Assembly (NCBI GenBank): GCA_046496285.1
Contig: JAWOHF010000299.1
Span: 1 to 42,452 of the forward strand
DNA length: 42,452 nucleotides
Direction of reading: 5' to 3'
Origin: Candidatus Aminicenantes bacterium
Lineage (GTDB): Bacteria; Acidobacteriota; Aminicenantia; Aminicenantales; Saccharicenantaceae
Positions 37,265 to 42,452 of this stretch are shown in pieces. Below the pieces are notes generated by a model. The model was not told where the DNA came from. It ran no database searches and worked only from the letters and a program-made list of their open reading frames with translations. Numbering within the stretch: position 1 is the first letter of the stretch; the number at the start of each line of letters is the position of its first letter. The translations under genes were made by a program, and so were the position numbers.

Positions 37265-37926
37265 GGATCATCCTCCTGGGCGCGCCCGGAAGCGGGAAGG
37301 GATCGGTGGGCGAGCGCCTCCGCGAAGCCACCGGCTTTCCCTGGATCTCGACGGGAGATCTGCTTCGCGAGGCGGTCCGGGACAAGACGGCCCTCGGATT
37401 GAGGGCCGAATCCCAGTTGGGCAAGGGCGGCCTGGTCGACGACGAGACCGTCCTCGGGCTCCTCCGGGAGCGCCTGTCCCGCCCCGATTGCCGGGACGGA
37501 TACATCCTCGACGGCTACCCCCGCAATCTCGAGCAAGCCGCGACCCTCGAAAAGCTCGACGGGGACCGGCCCGAGATCGTTTTCGATATCGACGCCCGGG
37601 AAGATGTCGTGGTCCGGCGGCTGTCCAGCCGGCGGATCTGCCCCTCCTGCGAGGCCATCTACAACACGATCAGCAAGCGCCCCAAGAAGGAGGGCGTCTG
37701 CGACGTCTGCGGAGCGACCCTCGTCCAGAGGACCGACGACCGGGCCGAGATCATCCCGGAGAGGATGAGGACCTACCGGGCCAAGACGGAGCCCCTGGTC
37801 TCCCGTTACGCCGCCCGGGGGACCCTCCACAGGATCGACGCCAACGGGACGATCGAAGAGACCGTCGGCCCCATCCTAGCCGTTCTGGACCGCCTCCTGA
37901 ACAAAGGCTCGAGGGACGGACGATGA
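37261..37926 (+). CDS. adk: Adenylate kinase with a Cys4 zinc lid
   Basis: P-loop GAPGSGKG, GYILDGYPRN, and lid CPSCEAIYN...CDVCG. Confidence 0.95.
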   Translation: MRIILLGAPGSGKGSVGERLREATGFPWISTGDLLREAVRDKTALGLRAESQLGKGGLVDDETVLGLLRERLSRPDCRDGYILDGYPRNLEQAATLEKLDGDRPEIVFDIDAREDVVVRRLSSRRICPSCEAIYNTISKRPKKEGVCDVCGATLVQRTDDRAEIIPERMRTYRAKTEPLVSRYAARGTLHRIDANGTIEETVGPILAVLDRLLNKGSRDGR

Positions 37927-38723
37927 TCATTTACAAGTCCGATCAGGAGCTCGAAGCCATGCGGCAGAGCAGCCGGATCGTGGCCCGCATCCTGTCCGAG
38001 CTCGAACCGCTCGTCCGTCCGGGCATCCGGACCCGAGACCTCGACCTGTACGCCGAGAAGCGGGCCCGGGAGCTGAGGGCCGTTCCGGCCTTCAAGGGCT
38101 ACCGGGGGTATCCCGCTTCGGTTTGCGTCTCCGTCAACGAGGAGATCATTCACGGCATCCCGTCGGGACGCATCCTCCAGGAGGGCGACGTCGTCAGCCT
38201 CGACTTCGGGGTCCTCTACGAAGGGTTCTTCAGCGATTCCGCGCTGACGGTCCCCGTGGGCCGGGTGAGCGCCGAGGCCCAGAAACTCGTCGGGGCCGCC
38301 GAGAGGGCTTTCACCAGGGGACTCGAGCAGATGCGGGAGGGAAACCGCCTTTCGGACATCTCGGCCGCCATCCAGCGGTCGGTCGAAGGAGAGGGCTTCT
38401 CCGTGATCCGCCAGTTCGTCGGGCACGGCATCGGCCGGGCCCTGCACGAGGAGCCCCAGATCCCCAATTTCGGGACCCCGGGGAAGGGGCCCCGGATCCG
38501 TGCGGGCATGACCCTGGCCATCGAGCCGATGATCGCCCTGGGCGGCTGGGAGGTCGATGTCCTGGAGGACGGCTGGACGGCCGTCACCCGGGACCGGACC
38601 CTGGCCGCGCACTTCGAGCACACCGTGGCCATGACCCCGAACGGCCCGGAGATCCTGAGCGCGAGGACGCGGGATGCGGAACGGCCCCGGCCCGACGCCC
38701 TCAAGGAGAGCCCCCATGCCTAA
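37923..38723 (+). CDS. map: Type I methionine aminopeptidase
   Basis: Internal start [16 protein letters not shown] overlaps the adk stop as ATGA. Metal ligands lie in [21 protein letters not shown] and FEHTV. Confidence 0.93.
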   Translation: MIIYKSDQELEAMRQSSRIVARILSELEPLVRPGIRTRDLDLYAEKRARELRAVPAFKGYRGYPASVCVSVNEEIIHGIPSGRILQEGDVVSLDFGVLYEGFFSDSALTVPVGRVSAEAQKLVGAAERAFTRGLEQMREGNRLSDISAAIQRSVEGEGFSVIRQFVGHGIGRALHEEPQIPNFGTPGKGPRIRAGMTLAIEPMIALGGWEVDVLEDGWTAVTRDRTLAAHFEHTVAMTPNGPEILSARTRDAERPRPDALKESPHA

Positions 38724-38934
38724 GCAGGACATGTTCGAAGCCGAGGGCGTGGTGCTGGAAACCCTTCCCAACGCCATGTTCCGGGTCGAGCTCGGCAACA
38801 AGCACGTCATCCTGGCCCACATTTCGGGAAAGATGCGCAAGCACTTCATCCGCATCCTTCCCGGGGACCGGGTCCTCCTGGAACTCTCCCCCTACGACCT
38901 GACGAAGGGGCGCATCACCTATCGATACAAGTAA
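38716..38934 (+). CDS. infA: Translation initiation factor IF-1
   Basis: [26 protein letters not shown]...[16 protein letters not shown]...[11 protein letters not shown]. It overlaps the map 3' end by 8 nt. Confidence 0.93.
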   Translation: MPKQDMFEAEGVVLETLPNAMFRVELGNKHVILAHISGKMRKHFIRILPGDRVLLELSPYDLTKGRITYRYK

Positions 38935-38946
38935 AAGGACGGGACG

Positions 38947-39060
38947 ATGAAAGTCAAAGCTTCCGTGAAAAAGATCTGCCGGAACTGCAAGATCGTCCGG
39001 CGCAAGGGCCTGGTGCGAGTGATCTGCTCCAATCCGAGGCACAAGCAAAAACAAGGTTAA
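38947..39060 (+). CDS. rpmJ: 50S ribosomal protein L36 (zinc form); below the ORF-track size cut-off
   Basis: Hand translation gives [37 protein letters not shown] then a stop. Confidence 0.93.
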   Translation: MKVKASVKKICRNCKIVRRKGLVRVICSNPRHKQKQG

Positions 39061-39071
39061 ACGAGGTCAAC

Positions 39072-39452
39072 ATGGCACGCATCGCGGGTATCACGCTTCC
39101 TCCGGAGAAAAGGATCGAGGTCGGTCTGACCTACATCTACGGGATCGGACGCTCCAAGTCCCTGAAGATCCTCGAAGAGGCCAAGATCGACAAGAACAAG
39201 AAGGTCAAGGCGCTGTCCGAGGACGAGGTCAACAAGATCCGCCAGATCATCGAGAAACGGGAGAAGATCGAGGGCGACCTCCGCAAGGAAGTCACCATGA
39301 ACATCAAGCGGCTGGTCGACATCAGCTGCTACCGCGGCATCCGGCACAAGAGGAAGCTCCCGGTCCGGGGCCAACGGACGAAGACCAACGCCCGGACCCG
39401 CAAGGGCGTCCGCGGTCAACGGATCAAGAAACTCAAGGACAAGAAAGCCTAA
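39072..39452 (+). CDS. rpsM: 30S ribosomal protein S13
   Basis: [10 protein letters not shown]...YIYGIG and [23 protein letters not shown]. Confidence 0.97.
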   Translation: MARIAGITLPPEKRIEVGLTYIYGIGRSKSLKILEEAKIDKNKKVKALSEDEVNKIRQIIEKREKIEGDLRKEVTMNIKRLVDISCYRGIRHKRKLPVRGQRTKTNARTRKGVRGQRIKKLKDKKA

Positions 39453-39467
39453 GGAGGGCCGGCGCAC

Positions 39468-39854
39468 ATGCCTAAAGCCAGCGCGAAGAAGAAGAAAGTC
39501 CGGAGGGAGATCGGGTTCGGAGTGGCCCACATCCAGTCGACCTTCAACAATACGATCATCACCATCACCGACAAGATGGGGGCCGCCGTCGTTTGGGCGA
39601 GCGCCGGGACTTCGGGCTTCAAGGGCGCCCGCAAGGGAACGCCCTTCGCCGCCCAGCTTGCGGCCAAGGACGCGGCGACCAAGGCCAAGGACTTCGGCGT
39701 CCGCTACGTCGACGTCCTCCTGACGGGCCCGGGGGCGGGACGGGAGTCGTCCATCCGAGCCCTCCAAGCCGCCGGCCTGGAGATCAAGTCCATCCGGGAC
39801 GTCACGCCCATCCCGCATAACGGGTGCCGGGTCCGCCGGAAGCGGCGGGTCTAG
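39468..39854 (+). CDS. rpsK: 30S ribosomal protein S11
   Basis: [18 protein letters not shown] and [11 protein letters not shown]. Confidence 0.97.
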   Translation: MPKASAKKKKVRREIGFGVAHIQSTFNNTIITITDKMGAAVVWASAGTSGFKGARKGTPFAAQLAAKDAATKAKDFGVRYVDVLLTGPGAGRESSIRALQAAGLEIKSIRDVTPIPHNGCRVRRKRRV

Positions 39855-39872
39855 GGCCGGAAGGAGAACAAC

Positions 39873-40499
39873 ATGGCGAAAAACCAAGGACCTGATTGCC
39901 GGCTCTGCCGCGTCGAGAAGAACAAGCTCTATTTCAAGGGAAGCAAGTGCCTGACGGACAAATGCCCCCTGGAGCGGAGGGCCTATCCTCCCGGGCAGCA
40001 CGGGCGTTCGAGGAAGCGCATCCTCGGGTACGCCATCCAGCTCCGCGAGAAACAGAAGCTCAAACGGTATTACGGGATGTCGGAGGAGCAGTTCCGGTTC
40101 TTCTTCGAGCGCGCCGAGAGACAGAAAGGGGTCACCGGCGAGAACCTTCTGTCCATGCTCGAGCGGAGACTGGACAACGTGGTTTTCCTGATGGGGCTGG
40201 CCCTGTCCCGAGGCCACTCCCGCCAGCTCATCGCTCATGGGCATTTCCGGATCAATTCCCGCAAGGTCGACATCCCGTCCGCCCTGGTCAAACCCGGCGA
40301 CATCGTCAGCTTCCGGCCGCGGTCGGCCAAGAGCGAGGATATCCAAGCCGTTGTCGCCTCGAACAAAGGGAAGTCCGTCCCCGGCTGGCTGGCCGTGGAC
40401 TGGGAGAAACTGACGGGGAGGGTCACCGCTCTTCCCACGCGCCAGGACGTCACGCTTCCCGTGGAAGAGCACTTGGTCGTCGAGCTGTACTCCAAGTAG
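39873..40499 (+). CDS. rpsD: 30S ribosomal protein S4 (with an N-terminal Cys4 cluster)
   Basis: CRLCR...C...C near the N-terminus, YGMSEEQFRFFF, and an S4 RNA-binding domain (LERRLDNVVF). Confidence 0.97.
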   Translation: MAKNQGPDCRLCRVEKNKLYFKGSKCLTDKCPLERRAYPPGQHGRSRKRILGYAIQLREKQKLKRYYGMSEEQFRFFFERAERQKGVTGENLLSMLERRLDNVVFLMGLALSRGHSRQLIAHGHFRINSRKVDIPSALVKPGDIVSFRPRSAKSEDIQAVVASNKGKSVPGWLAVDWEKLTGRVTALPTRQDVTLPVEEHLVVELYSK

Positions 40500-40543
40500 C
40501 GCCCGCGCGGGCCTAACGGAGGACATCTCCAGAAGGAGGTCAT

Positions 40544-41575
40544 ATGACAGAATCGAATTTTCAAAGGCCGAAGTACCTGGAGTGCGATTATGAGACCCTG
40601 ACCGAGAAGTTCGGCCGGTTCCAGGCCCAGCCCTTCGAGCGGGGATACGGCGTCACGGTCGGCAACGCCCTGCGGCGGATCCTGCTGTCGTCGATCACCG
40701 GGGCCGCGATCACGGGCGTCCGCATCCACGGCGTGCTCCATGAGTTCTCGACGCTCCCGGGGGTCGAAGAGGACGTTACGGACATCCTCCTCAACCTCAA
40801 GAGCATCCCTCTGAAGCTCAGGAGCGACGGGGTCCGGCGCATGACGCTCAAGAAGGCCGGCCCGGCCGAGGCCAAGGCCTCCGACATCGCCGCCGACTCC
40901 GACATCGAGATCCTCAACAAGGACATCCACGTCGCAGCCCTCGACACCGACGGGTCGCTCGAGATCGAGATGATCGTCCAGAACGGCCGGGGCTACATCC
41001 CGGCCGATCAGAATTTCGACCCTGAGCTGAGCCTCGACTTCATCCCGCTCGACTCGTCCCATTCCCCCGTCCTCAAGGTCAATTACAAGGTCGAACCCGC
41101 GCGGGTCGGCAAGCGGATCGACTACGAGGGGCTGACCCTCGAGGTCTGGACGACCGGGGCTATCCGGCCCGTGGAAGCCCTCTCTCAGGCCGCCAAGATC
41201 ATGCGGGACCATCTGGGGATCTTCCTGAACGTCGTCGACGAGCCGCTCGAGAAGGACCAGGCCCCGTCCAAGAAGGATATCCCGTTCATGCTCCAGGCCG
41301 ACGTCCTGGCCCGGACGATCGACCATCTCGAGCTGTCCGTCCGGTCCAACAACTGCCTCCGGTCGGCCGGCATCGAAAGGATCTACGAGCTCGTCCAGAA
41401 GACCGAAGAAGAGCTCCTCAAGACCAAGAACTTCGGCCGCAAGTCCCTCGCGGAGATCAAGGAGACCTTGACCAACATGAACCTGGGGCTCAACCTGGAG
41501 CTCCATCCCCGGCTCCTCGAGCGCGTCAAGGCCGAGATCAAGGAAGGCGTCAAAGAGAAGGAGCCCGAGGAATGA
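40544..41575 (+). CDS. rpoA: DNA-directed RNA polymerase alpha subunit
   Basis: A 343-aa ORF with [17 protein letters not shown]. The C-terminal domain has [11 protein letters not shown] and [12 protein letters not shown]. Confidence 0.97.
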   Translation: MTESNFQRPKYLECDYETLTEKFGRFQAQPFERGYGVTVGNALRRILLSSITGAAITGVRIHGVLHEFSTLPGVEEDVTDILLNLKSIPLKLRSDGVRRMTLKKAGPAEAKASDIAADSDIEILNKDIHVAALDTDGSLEIEMIVQNGRGYIPADQNFDPELSLDFIPLDSSHSPVLKVNYKVEPARVGKRIDYEGLTLEVWTTGAIRPVEALSQAAKIMRDHLGIFLNVVDEPLEKDQAPSKKDIPFMLQADVLARTIDHLELSVRSNNCLRSAGIERIYELVQKTEEELLKTKNFGRKSLAEIKETLTNMNLGLNLELHPRLLERVKAEIKEGVKEKEPEE

Positions 41576-41982
41576 GACATAAGGTCACGAGAGGGAATCT
41601 CAGCCGAAACACGGCCCACCGCAGGGCCCTGCTTCGCAACCTCGTCACGTCGTTCCTCGAGCGGGAGCGGATGAGGACGACCCTGGTCAAGGCCCGGACG
41701 GCCCGGCCGATCGCCGAGAAGATGATCACCCTGGCCAAGCGGGGCACTCTCCATGCCCGCCGGCAGGCTCTGGCCTATATGACCAAGGAATCGGCGGTCA
41801 AGAAGCTCTTCGACGAGATCGGCCCCCGCTTTTCGGAGCGCCCGGGCGGCTACACCCGGATCGTCAAGCTCGCCCCGCGGGCCGGGGACGGGGCCCAGAT
41901 GGCCATGCTCGAGCTCATCGGATCCGAGTACAAGAAGAAGGCCAAGAAGAAGAAAGACGCCAAGAAGCCCGCCGCCAAATAG
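41572..41982 (+). CDS. rplQ: 50S ribosomal protein L17 with a Lys-rich C-terminal tail
   Basis: [24 protein letters not shown] and [11 protein letters not shown]. The tail reads [18 protein letters not shown]. Confidence 0.97.
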   Translation: MRHKVTRGNLSRNTAHRRALLRNLVTSFLERERMRTTLVKARTARPIAEKMITLAKRGTLHARRQALAYMTKESAVKKLFDEIGPRFSERPGGYTRIVKLAPRAGDGAQMAMLELIGSEYKKKAKKKKDAKKPAAK

Positions 41983-41991
41983 GCTTCATTC

Positions 41992-42025
41992 GGGGACATG
42001 TACTTCCGGTACATGTCCCCTTTTT
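41992..42025 (+). terminator. Rho-independent terminator of the ribosomal super-operon
   Basis: A perfect 12-bp stem ggggacatgtac / gtacatgtcccc with loop ttccg, followed by TTTTT, beginning 10 nt after the rplQ stop. Confidence 0.85.
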
Positions 42026-42060
42026 ATTGGTACTTCTCCCATCTTCGGGGATACGCTACA

Positions 42061-42235
42061 GGCTCCGGGCGGTTCCTCTCACGGCGCGCCCCCATCCGTG
42101 CTCGCCGCTCTAAAGCGCTCGAAGGCATCAGCGGCTCCGCGCGGGTGGGGGGCCCCCACGCCGTTGCGTCACCGCCCCTCGCCAGTCTAAAACGAGCAGG
42201 CAAGGTTTGCGCCAGGGGGTCTGCAGGGCGACATC
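42061..42235 (-). repeat. Unclassified GC-rich non-coding repeat element, copy B (core 42061..42183), inverted relative to copy A
   Basis: The reverse complement of 42061..42183 aligns to 139..260. The palindrome here reads gtggggg-c-cccccac, which is copy A's gcggggg...cccccgc with a compensatory c:g to t:a change. Confidence 0.75.
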
Positions 42236-42282
42236 CATCGCCGCCTCGCGACGGACTTTCCCGGCGTCGGAATAGTCGACCG

Positions 42283-42317
42283 GGGGACATGTACCTCCGG
42301 TACGTGTCCCCTTTTTT
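42283..42317 (+). terminator. Second near-identical copy of the rplQ terminator hairpin with a T-tract
   Basis: ggggacatgtac-ctccg-gtacgtgtcccc (one G.U pair) followed by TTTTTT. The T-tract overlaps the stop codon of the convergent minus-strand gene. Confidence 0.7.
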
Positions 42318-42452
42318 ATTTGGCTCGACGGGCGCCCTGGTAGATCTTCTGCCAGCGCGGCTCGCTCAGCCGGTCGATGCGGACGACCGGCGTCTGGTAG
42401 GTCGTCGCGTTGATGAACTCGTCCGGGCCGATCATCATGCCGACGTGGGAGA
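42316..42452 (-). CDS. 3' end (44 codons) of a probable NlpC/P60-family peptidoglycan hydrolase; truncated by the window edge
   Basis: The minus-strand translation is SHVGMMIGPDEFINATTYQTPVVRIDRLSEPRWQKIYQGARRAK then a stop. The pattern H-V-G-x-x-x-G-x-x-x-F-I-x-A resembles the catalytic-His region of NlpC/P60 domains. Confidence 0.45.
   Translation of the reverse strand, partial: SHVGMMIGPDEFINATTYQTPVVRIDRLSEPRWQKIYQGARRAK

Noticed and set aside
42236-42275. A gggaaagtcc-like string on the minus strand, reminiscent of the RNase P RNA P4 region.
   Set aside because: The element is only about 250 nt long, and I could not find the other universally conserved RNase P segments. The match is a short chance similarity.
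42024-42290. An 88-aa minus-strand ORF whose product resembles the N-terminus of ORF 17..1819.
   Set aside because: The similarity comes from the shared nucleotide repeat. Substitutions hit all codon positions equally. The ORF has no ribosome-binding site and lies between two terminator hairpins.

Overview
This is a GC-rich bacterial chromosomal segment made up almost entirely of core housekeeping genes. In order, it contains: (1) a tandem-domain thyX. (2) A minus-strand purine operon, purB-purS-purQ-purL-purN, followed by an unknown membrane protein. (3) A plus-strand ECF sigma / anti-sigma / LTXXQ periplasmic protein module. (4) A tRNA array Thr-Tyr-Gly-Thr, then rpmG, tRNA-Trp and secE-nusG-rplKAJL-rpoBC. 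(5) One very tightly packed str-S10-spc-alpha ribosomal super-operon running from rpsL to rplQ. It has a near-consensus promoter in front and a strong intrinsic terminator behind. (6) The 3' end of a convergent NlpC/P60-like gene. I found no CRISPR array, transposase, integrase, toxin-antitoxin pair or recognisable defence system, and I do not think the window holds a novel multi-gene system. Five things stand out: EF-Tu has a rewritten switch I loop. RpoB carries an eight-cysteine insertion near its N-terminus. An unclassified GC-rich repeat sits in inverted orientation at both ends of the window, with one compensatory stem change between copies. The rplQ terminator hairpin is directly duplicated around the second repeat copy. 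Several ribosomal proteins have extensions. The many long antisense and out-of-frame ORFs in the track are GC-driven artefacts. All coordinates, alignments and identity figures were worked out by hand and need computational confirmation.
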